The translations under genes and the position numbers were made by a program. From an uncultured Acidobacteriota bacterium (GTDB lineage: Bacteria > Acidobacteriota > Polarisedimenticolia > J045), in NCBI GenBank assembly GCA_963702425.1, contig CAVPCQ010000018.1:128001-192000 (forward strand): a stretch of 64,000 bases of DNA. The letters run 5' to 3'. Below the pieces are notes generated by a model. That model was not told where the DNA came from and searched no databases. It saw only the letters and a list, made by a program, of their open reading frames with translations. This document shows positions 21,473 to 32,959 of this stretch, in pieces; position 1 is the first letter of the stretch; each line of letters starts with the position of its first letter.

Positions 21473-24400
21473 GCCCGCACCTCGCCACCGGCGCGCTTCC
21501 ACGCCGCGGTCAGCAGTTCCAGCGGCGCGTCGACGACCGGCCGCCCGCCCAGCGTCAGCGTCAGCCGCCGGGCTTCGGTGGCGGGCGCGAACAGTCCGAT
21601 CGGCGCCGCCGGCTCGTCGCCCAGCGCGGTGAGCAGCTCGCCCAGCCGCTCCGGTGCGCAGGCCAGCAGGAACCGCCCGCCCGACTCCGCGAACAGCCGC
21701 GCTTCCCATCCGAGCGGCCGCGTCCGCCGCTTCCGCCGCTCCCGCGGCCCGCTCCACCGGCAGCTGTCCGAGGTCGACCGCCAGCCCGGCGTCGGCGGCC
21801 CGCGCCATCCGGAAGAGCGCAGGCAACAGCCCGCCCGGCCCCGGCGCGTGCGCCGCGCCGACCAGGCCGCGCGCGATCGCGTCGGCCACGCGGCGATAAC
21901 GCGCAGCCCAGGCCGCGGGCTGGAACGCCGGCACGCGATAGCTGGTGACGCCGCGCGCGGCGGCCCACTCGCTGCCCCCCAGCTCGTCGCGCGTCTCGCC
22001 GACCAGCACCAGCACCTGGTCCGCCGCGCCGCGCTCCAGCGTCAGCGCGCGCCGCGCATCGGGGACGATCCCGATCGTCGAGACCAGCAGGCTGGGCGGG
22101 ATGCTGATCCGCCGGCCGCCGACGACGGCGTCGTTCTTCATCGAGTCCTTGCCGGAGATCAGCGGCACGCCGTAGGCGACGCAGATGTCGTGCAGGCCGC
22201 GGCAGGCCCGCACGAGCTGGGCCAGCTTGTGCTCGGCGTCGGGGTTGCTCGGGCCGGGCAGGGGATCGGGCCAGCAGAAGTTGTCGAGCGCGGCGATCCG
22301 CTCCGGATCGGCGCCGGCGGCGATCACGCGCCGCACCGCGAGGTCGACGCCGGCCTCGGCCATCGCCCGCGCGTCGATGTCCGAGTAGCGCGGGAAGATC
22401 CCCTCGGCGAGTGCGTAGCCTTCCCAGCCGTCGTGGTCGACGAGCAGCACCGAGGCGTCGGAGGGCAGGTCGCGGTGCACGCCGACCCACGGCTTCACGA
22501 CCGACAGCGCCTTGACCTCGTGGTCGTAGGTGCGCGCGAGGTCCTCGTTCGAGGCGAGGTTGTGGCGGGAGAGGAACGACGCCGCGATCGCCGCCCCCGC
22601 CGCGCCGTCGGCCGGCGCCGGGAGCGCCGGCGGCTCGGGACCGGACGGCGGCGCGTGGCGCGCGACGAGCTTCATCGGCGGCAGGCCGTCGTGCAGGAAG
22701 GCGAGCGGCAGCCAGGCGACCGTCTTCTCACCGTGCAGCACGTGGAAGATGCCGCTGTCGGTGAACTCGCCCAGGTCGGTCGCCTCGACCTCGCGCCGCC
22801 GCGCCAGCTCCAGGAACGCGTCGAGCTTCTCCGGCGGGACCGCGACCGACATCCGCTCCTGCGCCTCGGAGAGCAGGATCTCCCACGGCGCCAGGCCGTG
22901 GTACTTGAGCGGAGCGGCGGCCAGGTCGAGCCGCGCGCCGCCGGGCGCCGACGCCATCTCGCCGATCGACGACGACAGCCCGCCCGCGCCGTTGTCGGTG
23001 ATCGAGCTGTAGAGGTCCAGCGCGCGCGCTTCCAGCAGGAAGTCGAACATCATCTTCTGCGTGATCGGGTCTCCGATCTGGACCGCCTGGACCGGGCTCT
23101 CTTCCGTCAGCTCCGCGCTGCTGAAGGTCGCGCCGTGGATCCCGTCCTTCCCGATCCGGCCGCCGACCATCACGATCCGGTCGCCGGGCCGCGCGCCCTT
23201 CTCCTCCGCGGGGCGGCCGCCGACCGTCACCGGCATCCGTCCGACCGTGCCGCAGTAGACCAGGGGCTTCCCCAGGTAGCGCTCGTCGAAGAACTCCCAG
23301 CCGCGGCCGTAGGGGATCCCCGACTGGTTGCCGCCGTCGATCACGCCGTGGTGGACGCCGTCGCGGATCCGCCGCGGGTGCAGCAGCCCCTTCGGCAGCT
23401 CGCCCGCGAAGTCGGGGGGTGCGAAGCAGTAGCCCCAGACGTTCGCCAGCAGGTCCGCGCCCAGCCCCGTTCCGAACGGGTCGCGGTTGACGCCGACGAT
23501 CCCGGTGATCGCGCCGCCATAGGGGTCGAGCGCCGAGGGCGAGTTGTGGGTCTCGACCTTGTAGACGAGGTGGTGCCGCTCGGTCGCCGCGATCACGCCG
23601 GCATTGTCGACGAAGACCGAGACCAGCCAGCTCCGGCCGTGCCGGACGCGCAGCGCGGCGTCGATCGTCTCGGTCGCGCCGCGGATGCAGGTCTTGAACA
23701 GCGAGCGGATCGTCTCGGCCGGTCGCCCCGGCTCGTGATACTCGATCTCGGCGGCGAAGATCTTGTGCTTGCAGTGCTCGGACCAGGTCTGCGCCAGGCA
23801 CTCCAGCTCGACGTCGGTCGGCTGCGGCGGCAGGCGCAGCGAGAGCCGCCGCGGGTCGCGTCCGGCCTCGCGGTAGAAGTCGCGGATCGTCCGCATCTCG
23901 TCCAGCGACAGCGCCAGCAGGCGCTCGCGCGAGATCGCCGCCAGCCGCTCGTCGCTGACCTCGAGGTCGATCGCTTCGACCGCGTGCGGCGGTGCGTCCG
24001 CGACGTGCGGGACGCTCAGGTCGGGCGGGGCGGCCAGCCAGTCGCGGTAGTACCGGACCGTCGTGCGCTCGATGACCTCGTTGGCCAGCAGCTCGCGGGC
24101 GATCCGCTGCCCCTCGGGGAGCGACACGCCGCAGAGCAGGTAAAGCCGGCTGGCGTAGACCGCGCCGTGCCCATCGCCGGCGGCGAGCGGGCGGCCGAGC
24201 AGGTCCTCGATCGCGACCTTTGCGCTCTTGCCGACCGGGTCCGTGACGCCCGGCTTGTATCCGACGGCGACGACGACGTCGCAGGCCTCGTCGACCAGGC
24301 GGTCGACCGCGCCGACGCGCACGACCGGCCCGGCGAACTCGCCGGCGACGCGCTGCGCCTCGGCGGCGGAGAGCGCCGGCTCGACGTGGAAGACGTCGCG

Positions 24401-24514
24401 TGCACGGACGCGGCCGACGGGGATGTGCAGGTAGTCGCGGATCCTCTTCGCCACCGATTCGCCGAGGCTGTCGACGAAGCCGGGACGGATCCCGATCTCG
24501 AGCCGGGTGACCAT
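21469..24514 (-). CDS. purL: Phosphoribosylformylglycinamidine synthase PurL with PurS-like N-terminus (frameshift ~21710)
   Basis: QTWSEHCKHK, KVETHNSPS, DGIHGATFSS, DNGAGGL, SEAQERM and SGKDSM. The true C-terminus (LFAESGGRFL...) is in another frame and ends at 21469. Confidence 0.92.
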
Positions 24515-24619
24515 GCGGGTGTCCTTGCGGAAGGCCGGCCAGTCTACCCGATTAGCGGGCCGGACGCGTGCTAGCCTCTCCCGGCCGCCGTTCGCGGCCT
24601 GGCTCGCGCGAGGTGCCCG

Positions 24620-25090
24620 ATGGACCACGTCACCATCCCGATGCCGGCGACCAAGCGGATCGCGCTGATCGCGCACGACAGCAAGAAGGCCGATCTCCTG
24701 GCCTGGGTGCGCTTCAACCGCGACCTCCTGGCGCGGCACCGGCTCTTCGCCACCGGCACGACCGGCCGGCTGCTCGAAGAGGAACTGGGCCTCGAGGTCT
24801 TCCGTTTCCGCAGCGGACCGCTCGGCGGCGACCAGCAGATCGGCGCCAAGATCGTCGAGCACGAGATCGACCTCGTGATCTTCTTCTGGGACCCGCTCGA
24901 AGCCCAGCCGCACGACACCGACGTCAAGGCGCTGCTGCGCATCGCGGTCGTCTGGAACATCCCGGTCGCGTGCGACCGCGCCAGCGCGGACTTCATCATC
25001 TCGTCGCCGCTGATGGTCCAGGAGTACGACCGCATCCTGCCCGACTACGGCAGCTTCGAGGATCGGCCGCTCGACGGCGAGGGGGCCTGA
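24620..25090 (+). CDS. mgsA: Methylglyoxal synthase
   Basis: IALIAHD, ATGTTG, SGPLGGDQQIG, FFWDPL and PHDTDVKALLR. Confidence 0.96.
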   Translation: MDHVTIPMPATKRIALIAHDSKKADLLAWVRFNRDLLARHRLFATGTTGRLLEEELGLEVFRFRSGPLGGDQQIGAKIVEHEIDLVIFFWDPLEAQPHDTDVKALLRIAVVWNIPVACDRASADFIISSPLMVQEYDRILPDYGSFEDRPLDGEGA

Positions 25091-25112
25091 CTCGGCGGCC
25101 CTGCCACGACCC

Positions 25113-25152
25113 GCCTCGATCCTGTCACGCCGGTGCCACGCGGCCGCCACAT
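25113..25152 (+). promoter_or_regulatory. Pho-box-like 11-bp direct repeats upstream of phoD
   Basis: CTGTCAC (25122), GTGCCAC (25133) and CCGCCAC (25144) at an exact 11-bp period. Confidence 0.55.
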
Positions 25153-25211
25153 CGTTCCCGGATCCTCGTGGCTTCGCGCCGCCCGCCGGCGCCATCCCGA
25201 GGGACCTCGCC

Positions 25212-27431
25212 ATGAAGATCGCCCAGCGCCTTCTCGTCCTGCTGCTCATCACGGCCGCGGCCGTTGCCGCCGGCGTCGCGGCAACCGACGCCGAGCTCGT
25301 GTCCTCCGTGCTGGTGGGACGCCCGGGGGCGATCCCGCTCCGGGACGTGGTCCCCGGCCCGCAGTACTTCGACCTGTCGGTGGCCTCCGGCGACCCCCGG
25401 CCGGACAGCGTCGTGCTGTGGACGCGGCTCAATGACCCGGCGGCGCGCAGCGTGGCGCTGCCCGCCGAACTGTTCGTGGTGCGGGATGCGGGCGCCGGCC
25501 GGTTCGTCGTCGTCGCGCGGCGGCCGGTCCTGGCGGAGGCGGCCAACGACTTCTGCGTCAAGACCAAGGTGACCGGCCTGGACCCGTACACTGTCTATCG
25601 CTACTTCTTCGCGTACCCCCGCGACGGCAAGGTCTGGGTCTCGACCGTCGGGCGGACGAAGACGGCCCCCGCGCCCGGCCAGGACGCGCCGGTCCGCTTC
25701 GCTTACTTCAACTGCCAGGACTTCGTCGGTCGTTACTACAACACCTACCTGCGCTTCCTGCTCGCGCACCCGGACGACGTCGACTTCATCGTTCACCTCG
25801 GCGACATGGTGTACGAGACGACCGGCGATCCGTCGTTCCAGACCCCCGACCCGGCGCGCCGCGTCACCTTCACGGACCTCGCCGGCGCGATCGCGCTCGG
25901 CGATCCGCTCGATCCGTACTACGCGGCCGCGAGCCTCTCGAACTACCGCGAGCTGCACCGCACCTACCGCGGCGATCCCGTGATGCAGCAGGTCCTCGCG
26001 AGCTTCCCGATCCTGGCCACGTGGGACGACCATGAGTACTCCAACGACGCCTGGGGTGACACGGCGACCTATTTCGACGAGCGGATCGACGAGCGGAACA
26101 CCGCGCGCAAGCGCAACGCCGAGCGGGCCTACTTCGAGTACGTGCCGGTCGACGTCGGGATCGACGGCTCCGGCCGGCTGGTCATCGACGACGGCGTGCT
26201 CTACCCCAACACGCGGCTCTACCGCTCGTTCCGCTTCGGGACGAACGTCGATCTCTTCCTGACCGACACCCGCACCCGCCGGCCGGACCATCTGATCCGC
26301 GAGGACGCCTTCCCCGGCGCGATCGCGCTCGATCGTGCGGCGCTGGAAGCGGCGCTCGGCCCCGCCGGCTACCAGACGGTGAAGGGGGGCCTCGACCCGT
26401 ATGCCGCGATCGAGCAGTTCCCGCCGCTGCGCGCCGGGATGGTCGCGATCGTGACCCAGCTGCTGCGGCTCGAGAACCCCTTCCTCTCCCCGCCCGACGC
26501 GCTGCTCCGCGCGCAGGCGCTGGTCTCCGGCAACCAGAGCATCACCTTCGTCAACGCGCTGTTCGCGGCGGTCGGTCTTCCGGCGCCGTTCCCGCCGGGC
26601 TCCGAGGCGACCTTCGACCGCGGGCTGTCCTACCTCTTCCTCGGCAAGCAGCGGCTCTACTCGAGCGTCGGCTCGCGCTCGATCGTCGTCAACGACAGCT
26701 ACAAGCTGCTCTCGGCGATCCTCTACCGCGCGACCGCGGGCGCTTCCGAGGACCTGTTCGGCGCCGAGCAGGAGCGCTGGCTGCGCGAATCGCTCCCGGC
26801 GAGCGGGGCGCGCTTCAAGATCGTCGGCAGCTCGATCTCCGCGACCTCCAAGGTGCTCGACTTCACCAACCCCCTGATCGCGCCGCTGCTGCCGCCCGGC
26901 TTCCCGGACGCGCTGCGCACCCGACTGCAGGTCACCGCGGACGATTGGGACGGCTTCCCCGACAAGCGCCGCGAGCTGGTCGAGCTGCTGCGCCGCGCCG
27001 GCGGCGCGGTCGTGATCTCGGGCGACATCCACGCCGCCTTCGTCGGCGACCACGGCGGCGGCGTCTACGAGTTCACGGGCCCGGCCGCCTCGTCCGAGAG
27101 CTTCCGCGACGAGGTGCTCAACGTGATCGAGTCCGACCCGTCGCTCTCCGGCATCCCCGGGATCGAGCAGCTCGTCGCGCAGCTCGACCTGCTCCTGACC
27201 GTCTCCTCCCAGGATCCCGCCGTGACGCCGTCGCGGATCGCCTTCTCCGACACTGGGTCGTCCGGCTTCGTCGTGATGACGGCGGCGGCGGACGGGCTGA
27301 CCGCGACCTATCACCTGATCGACGCGGCCGAGTCGCGGGTGAGCTACTACGAGGACCCCGACGCGCTCGAGAGCCTGTTCAGCACGCGGAGCTTCCGAGT
27401 GCAGGACGGCGTGCTCACGCCGCTCCCCTGA
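25212..27431 (+). CDS. phoD: Alkaline phosphatase D family protein
   Basis: VASGDPRPDSVVLWTR, NCQD, HLGDMVYE, WDDHE, DTR, DDWDG and SGDIH. Confidence 0.92.
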   Translation: MKIAQRLLVLLLITAAAVAAGVAATDAELVSSVLVGRPGAIPLRDVVPGPQYFDLSVASGDPRPDSVVLWTRLNDPAARSVALPAELFVVRDAGAGRFVVVARRPVLAEAANDFCVKTKVTGLDPYTVYRYFFAYPRDGKVWVSTVGRTKTAPAPGQDAPVRFAYFNCQDFVGRYYNTYLRFLLAHPDDVDFIVHLGDMVYETTGDPSFQTPDPARRVTFTDLAGAIALGDPLDPYYAAASLSNYRELHRTYRGDPVMQQVLASFPILATWDDHEYSNDAWGDTATYFDERIDERNTARKRNAERAYFEYVPVDVGIDGSGRLVIDDGVLYPNTRLYRSFRFGTNVDLFLTDTRTRRPDHLIREDAFPGAIALDRAALEAALGPAGYQTVKGGLDPYAAIEQFPPLRAGMVAIVTQLLRLENPFLSPPDALLRAQALVSGNQSITFVNALFAAVGLPAPFPPGSEATFDRGLSYLFLGKQRLYSSVGSRSIVVNDSYKLLSAILYRATAGASEDLFGAEQERWLRESLPASGARFKIVGSSISATSKVLDFTNPLIAPLLPPGFPDALRTRLQVTADDWDGFPDKRRELVELLRRAGGAVVISGDIHAAFVGDHGGGVYEFTGPAASSESFRDEVLNVIESDPSLSGIPGIEQLVAQLDLLLTVSSQDPAVTPSRIAFSDTGSSGFVVMTAAADGLTATYHLIDAAESRVSYYEDPDALESLFSTRSFRVQDGVLTPLP

Positions 27432-27444
27432 GACGGCGCGCAGG

Positions 27445-28257
27445 CTACCCGCGGATGAACATCGCGTAGAGCGTGAGGACGATCTCGACCACGATCAGCA
27501 GCACGATGTACCACTCCACGCGCAGGCTCCGGCGGTCCTGCAGCAGGTCGATCAGCGTCTGCGCGGACTGCGACACCAGGGCCAGCTTGCGGTCGAGGGC
27601 CAGCTGGCGCTCGCGCAGCTCGTACTCGTCGGCGAGCCGGGAGTAGAGCCGGTCGAGCTCCGGCCGGTCCCAGAGGATCTCCGGCTTCTCGCTGATCTCG
27701 GCCCGCCAGACCATCTTGTGCTGGATGAGCAGGCTGCCGCCGAGCTGGCGCAGCAGCTCGCGGCTGGCGGAACCGGCCTGCCCCTCGCGCTGGAGCGACT
27801 TCGCGAGCGGCTCGATCCGGTCGAACGCCGACGCGATCGCGGCCTCGTAGTGGTCGAGGACGACGCTCTTGGCGAGGATGTCGGCCACGACCTGCAGCCG
27901 CTCGAGCGAGAAATCGGACAGGCGCACGCCGCTGGGCACGACCTGCTCCGGCTCGTCCTCGGCCTGCGACAGCAGGACCTCCTCGACGGGCGGCGGGTCG
28001 AACGGCTCGATCACGAAGGGCCGCAGGTTGGCGAGGAACGACGCCTCCTCGACCGGCGAGAGCCCGAAGAGGACGACGACGCCGTAGCGGAACACGACCG
28101 CGCCGCCCGCCTCGCCCGCGGCGAGCGTGAGGGGCCGGGAGGCGAGGCGGCGCGTCGTCTCCAGGGCGCGGGTGTCGATCCGCTCGCCCAGGCAGAGCGC
28201 CCGCACGACCAGTTCCGTCCCCTGCCCGAACAGAGCCCGCGTCACGCGCGCGTCCAT
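27445..28257 (-). CDS. RMD1/DUF155 family protein
   Basis: VFRYGVVV, LAKSVVLDHYE, PEILWDRPEL and a C-terminal SLRVEWYIVLLIVVEI TM helix. Confidence 0.88.
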   Translation of the reverse strand: MDARVTRALFGQGTELVVRALCLGERIDTRALETTRRLASRPLTLAAGEAGGAVVFRYGVVVLFGLSPVEEASFLANLRPFVIEPFDPPPVEEVLLSQAEDEPEQVVPSGVRLSDFSLERLQVVADILAKSVVLDHYEAAIASAFDRIEPLAKSLQREGQAGSASRELLRQLGGSLLIQHKMVWRAEISEKPEILWDRPELDRLYSRLADEYELRERQLALDRKLALVSQSAQTLIDLLQDRRSLRVEWYIVLLIVVEIVLTLYAMFIRG

Positions 28258-30376
28258 CACGCCCCCGCGCGCTCCCGCGCGAGGCGGATGAACTCCTCCT
28301 GCGCGGCTCGCCGCGGCTCGCCGCCGGCGGGCCGGCGCCGCTCGTAGCGCCCATCGGGGAGGCCGTCCCAGGCCGAGCTGTTGTCGTTCTCGTAGACCTC
28401 GATGATCCGGTCCAGCTCCTGCCGAACCTCGCGGTCGAGGACCGGCACGATCGTCTCGACGCGGTTCTCGAGGTTCCGCTTCATCCAGTCGGCCGACCCG
28501 GTGTAGTACTCGGTCTCCCCTCCGTTGACGAACCGGTACAGCCGGCTGTGCTCGAGGAAGCGCCCGACGACGCTGTAGACCCGGATCGACTCCGAGAGCC
28601 CCGGCAGCCCGGGCTTGAGGCAGCACAGCCCGCGCACGTTGAGCGTGATCGGCACGCCGGCGCGGCTCGCGCCGTACAGCTCGCAGATCACCTCGCGGTC
28701 CTGGAGCTGGTTCATCTTGGCGTAGATCCCGCACGGACGGCCCGCCCGGGCGTGCTCCGCCTCGCGCCGGATCAGCTCGACGAAGCGCGTCCGCATGAAG
28801 TCGGGCGCGACGAGCAGCCGGCGGTAGCGCTGCGCGCCGATCGCTCCGGTCAGCTCGTTGAAGACCGAGGCGGCGTCCTCGCAGATCTCCGGGTCAGCGG
28901 TCAGGATGCCGAAGTCCTCGTAGATCCGCGCCGTGCCGGTGTGGTAGTTGCCGGTCCCGACGTGGGCGTAGCGCCGGAGCTGGCCCCGTTCCTCGCGCAC
29001 CACGAGCGCCAGCTTGACGTGCGTCTTGAGCCGCTCGACGCCGTAGGCGACGTGGACCCCCTCGTTCTCCAGCAGCTCGCCCCAGGCGATGTTGGGCGCC
29101 TCGTCGAAGCGGGCCGTGATCTCGACCAGGACCGCGACCTGCTTGCCGCGCCGCGCCGCCTCGGCCAGCGCGCGCACGATCGGCGAGTCGCTGCTGGTGC
29201 GGTAGATCGTCAGCTTGATCGCCAGCACCTGCGGATCGACGGCCGCGGACTCGAGAAACCGGAGCACCGAGCTGTCGAAGCCGTCGTAGGGGTGGTGGAG
29301 CAGGATGTCGCCGCGCCGGATCTCGTCGAAGATCGCGCCGCGGTCGGACGGGTCGAGGTCCCTCAGGCGCGGGTGCGCCTGGGGCGTGTGGCGCGGGTAG
29401 CGCAGCTCGTCGCGGTCGACGATGTCGAGCCGCATCAGGTCCGCGATCCCCAGGAAGTGATCGACCGCGTAGACGTCGTCCGGCCCGACCTTGAGCTGGC
29501 TCGCGAGCCAGCGCACGGCCGGTTCCGGCATCGCCGACTCGACCTCGAGCCGCACCGGGCCCGCGAAGCGCCGCGCCTTGAGCTCGTCGGACACGAGCCG
29601 CACGATGCTCCCCGGCTCGCGCAGCTCGTCGTCGGCGGCATCGAGGTCGCGCGCGGGATCCCCTTCCGCGCCGCGCGTGACCCGGAAGGCGTGGACGCGC
29701 GTCACCGGCGTGCCCGGGAAGAGCAGGTCGAGATTGGCGGCGATGACCTGCTCGAGCGGTACCACCCCCGGCCCCCCCGGACGCGGCATCCAGCGCGGCC
29801 GGTTGCCGGGCACCTTCAGGCGCACGAAGCGCTCGCGCGCGCCCTGGCTCGTCCCCCAGCGTGATCGCCAGGTTCAGGCCGAGGTTGCTGATGAAGGGGA
29901 ACGGGTGCTCCGCGTCGACCGCGAGCGGCGTCAGGATCGGGAGGATCCCGGCGCGGAACTGCTCGCGCAGCCGCTCACGCTCGTCCGGGGTGAGGCGCGG
30001 CACGTCGTGGATCGGGATCCCCGCGGCGTCGAGCGCCGGGCGGAGCTGGTCGCGCAGGACCTGCTCGAGCGCGCGGACCTGCCGCAGGATCTCGTCCCGG
30101 CAGGCGGCGAACTCCTCGACCGGCAGCCGGCCGTCGAGCGAGCGCTTGCTGCGGCCGCGCTGCACCTGGCGCTTCAGCCCGCTCACGCGCTTCATGAAGA
30201 ACTCGTCGTGGAGCATCCCCATGATGCCGGCGAACTTGATCCGCTCGAGCAGCTGGCAGCTCGGGATCCTCCACCAGCGCCAGCACGCGCCGCGCGAAGG
30301 CGAGCCAGCTCAACTCGCGGTTGAAGTAGGTTTCGGGAGTGTCGATCGCGATCGACTCGGGTTGAACGGCATCCAC
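28257..30376 (-). CDS. ppk1: Polyphosphate kinase 1 (frameshifts ~30255 and ~29845)
   Basis: YFNRELSWL, DEFFMKRV, HPFPFISNL, LLHHPY, ARFDE, KTHVK, GTGNY, GRFLEHSR and SADWM, spread across three frames. Confidence 0.93.
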
Positions 30377-30673
30377 GGGGACGGCCTTCCGCGGCGGCGA
30401 AACGGGGAGGGGAGCGGCGCGCCGCCTGAACCAAGGGGATGGTAGCGCGCGAGCCGGGCCGGGCGGAGGCCGGGGATGGGGGAGGCCGTGTGACAATTTC
30501 ATCCGTAATTGTCCGAAAATGTTCAATAACGTCCGCTCGTCTCAAACCGACTCGTGTAGCGCCACGCTCGCGTGCCCTTTGACCGTGCTGTCGCACAGCG
30601 TTGACGCACCCGTCACGGTGCGGCCGGACACTCCACCCGTATCGCGCCGAGTCGGGCGCAGAAAGGGTGTCCC

Positions 30674-32152
30674 GTGAAAACCACTCGGTTCGCACTCCTG
30701 CTCGCCGTGTCGTTCCTCGCGCTCGCCTTCGCCATGAGCGGGACCCCGCTCATCCGCCCCTCCGCCACCACGGTCCCGCTGCACCAGTACGAGGACGCCC
30801 CGGCCACTCCGGACGCCGACGATCCGGCCCTCTGGTTCAACGCCGAAGCGCCGGCCGACAGCCTGGTCCTGGGAACGCTCAAGGACGGCGGGCTGATCGT
30901 CTTCGACCTGCAGGGGACCATCCGTCGCGCGATCCTTCCCCCCAACGCTCCGGTGATCACGGCCGACGATCCACCGACCCCGGCGGGGCTGAACGCCGTC
31001 GCCGCCGCCTGCCCCGAGAGCGAGGATGGCGAGACGTTCGGCCGCTACAACAACGTCGACCTCGTCGAGGGGTTCTCCTTCGGCGCGCGCACGATCGACC
31101 TCGCGGTCGTCACCGATCGCGGCTGCGACCGGGTCCGGTTCTTCGAGGTGAGCGCCGACGGCGTCACCGACATCACGTCGTCGACCGTGGACCGCGTCTT
31201 CCCGGAGCGCTTCGTGAATCCGTCGCCCCTCCAGCCCGGCAGCCTCGAGGCCGGCCTGCAGGACAACCCGCTCGACGACCAGAACACCGGGTACGGCCTC
31301 GCGGTCTGGCCGAACGCGGAGGGGCTCGATCTGTTCGTCTCGCAGCGCTCGCGCAGCAACGTCAAGCAGCTGCGTGTCGAGCGGGCGAGCGACGGCCTGC
31401 TGACCTACCGCACGCTGCGCGAGTTCCGTTTCGACCCGATCTTCGCGCTGACGACCAGCACGGGCGAGTCGCTGCCCTGGACCCCGTGCCGCGAGAGCGC
31501 CGACGATGACCCGCAGTCCGAGGGGCTCGTCGTCGACCCGGCGGGCACGCTCTACGTCGGGTTCGAGGACATCGGCGTCTATCGCATCGCGCTGTCCGCC
31601 GCGCTGCCGGAGATCGTGCAGGTCTCCAACGACGCGCTGTTCGAGCCGGTGAAGAGCTTCGGCCGGGCCTACTGGGCGATCCCCGACGGTGACGAGTTCG
31701 AGTGCGAGATCGAGCCGGCGGGTCAGCCCGAGAACGGGACGATCGTCGCGGCGGGAGCGCCGGAGTTCGCGGGTCAGCACATCGAGGCCGATACCGAGGG
31801 AATGGTCGTGGTGCCGGAGCTGGGAGCCGGCGGCACGCTGATCGTCTCGAGCCAGGGCGACAACACCTTCCAGACCTTCTCGCTGGCAAAGGACAACCAG
31901 TGGCTCGGGCAATTCTCGGTCCTGGGCGTCGGCGACACCGACGGGCTCGCGATCACGACCCGCGCGCTGGGGCCGGACTACCCCTTCGGCGCTCTGATCA
32001 TGCAGAACGGCGAGGCTCCCGAGCCGTCCGACACGAGCGACATCAACGGCTACGCGTACGACGGTTCCTCGCAGTTCGTGATCGTCGGCCGGGCGCCCGG
32101 CGCGAGTCTGGTGCGCCCGTGTCCGAGGCCGACGGTCGGCTCAGCGCGCTGA
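30674..32152 (+). CDS. Secreted beta-propeller phytase (3-phytase)
   Basis: DADDPALW, GRYNNVD, PQSEGLVVD, EADTEG, VSSQGDN, DTDGL and GALIMQNG. Confidence 0.88.
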   Translation: MKTTRFALLLAVSFLALAFAMSGTPLIRPSATTVPLHQYEDAPATPDADDPALWFNAEAPADSLVLGTLKDGGLIVFDLQGTIRRAILPPNAPVITADDPPTPAGLNAVAAACPESEDGETFGRYNNVDLVEGFSFGARTIDLAVVTDRGCDRVRFFEVSADGVTDITSSTVDRVFPERFVNPSPLQPGSLEAGLQDNPLDDQNTGYGLAVWPNAEGLDLFVSQRSRSNVKQLRVERASDGLLTYRTLREFRFDPIFALTTSTGESLPWTPCRESADDDPQSEGLVVDPAGTLYVGFEDIGVYRIALSAALPEIVQVSNDALFEPVKSFGRAYWAIPDGDEFECEIEPAGQPENGTIVAAGAPEFAGQHIEADTEGMVVVPELGAGGTLIVSSQGDNTFQTFSLAKDNQWLGQFSVLGVGDTDGLAITTRALGPDYPFGALIMQNGEAPEPSDTSDINGYAYDGSSQFVIVGRAPGASLVRPCPRPTVGSAR

Positions 32153-32245
32153 GGCCGGCGCCACGCGACTAACTTACGGCAATTTTCTGAGCCCGCGCTC
32201 GTCGTTCTCGTACGAGACAGGCAACGAAGTTGTTTCATCGATCGA

Positions 32246-32298
32246 TTGTCACGCGATGTTCATGCGGTGGTCGCGCGCGCGTCATCGCACGGTCGTAG
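32246..32298 (+). promoter_or_regulatory. Pho-box-like array (five half-sites) upstream of the DUF3299-like/phoA genes
   Basis: GTCAC (32248), TTCAT (32259), GTCGC (32270), GTCAT (32281) and GTCGT (32292) at an exact 11-bp period. Confidence 0.65.
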
Positions 32299-32308
32299 CT
32301 TGAAGTCC

Positions 32309-32902
32309 ATGTCCAATCATCGACTGACTGCACCGCGACGATTCGCCTTGATGCTCGCGCTCGCGGCCACCGCGATCGGCCCTGCGTTGTCGCACGAACC
32401 CACCGCTTCGATACCGGCACCCAAGCCGCGCTCGGGTCCAGGAGCGGCCGGCGAGACTCCGGCGCGTCCTCCGGCCCCGGCGGGGGTCACGGACCTCGAC
32501 TTCCGCGAGCTGTTCAAGATGCCGATCGGTCGCCAGGGCCTCGAGTACTCCGACGAGGCGCGCCGGCTGGCGGGGAAGAAGGTCCGCCTCCTGGGCTACA
32601 TGGCCCAGACGGATCATCCCGCCCCCGGCCTGATGATCCTCTCGCCCTACCCGTTCGTGCTCCACGAGGACGAGTACGGCATGGCCGACGACCTGCCGCC
32701 CACGGTCGTCCAGGTGCTGCTGCCGGACCGGCCCGCGGAGCCGGTCCCGTTCACCCCCGGCCCGCTCCTGCTGACGGGGACGCTCGAGCTCGGCGCGAAG
32801 TCCATGCCCGACGGGCGGCAGTCCTTCGTCCGCTTGCTCCTCGACCCCGCGCCGACCGCCGGCGCGGCTGACCACGCTGACCACGCCACGCACAGCCACT
32901 GA
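32309..32902 (+). CDS. Exported DUF3299-like protein with His-rich tail
   Basis: Signal peptide; LAGKKVRLLGYM, LPPTVVQV and LTGTLELG pattern; ends DHADHATHSH. Confidence 0.65.
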   Translation: MSNHRLTAPRRFALMLALAATAIGPALSHEPTASIPAPKPRSGPGAAGETPARPPAPAGVTDLDFRELFKMPIGRQGLEYSDEARRLAGKKVRLLGYMAQTDHPAPGLMILSPYPFVLHEDEYGMADDLPPTVVQVLLPDRPAEPVPFTPGPLLLTGTLELGAKSMPDGRQSFVRLLLDPAPTAGAADHADHATHSH

Positions 32903-32959
32903 CAGGAAGCGGGACGATCGTTCCGCGAACCGGACACCCGACCGGGTGCCCGAAGGGGA

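Noticed and set aside
20654-25591. Apparent 1645-aa PurL-PurQ fusion ORF
   Set aside because: An indel near 21710 joins the frames. PurL's own C-terminus ends at a TGA overlapping the purQ ATG, and the N-terminal extension is antisense to mgsA and phoD.
30488-30535. AT-rich segment upstream of ppk1 as a Pho box
   Set aside because: Only one good half-site (TTGTCAC on the - strand) is present, without clean 11-bp periodicity. It is probably promoter DNA but cannot be assigned.
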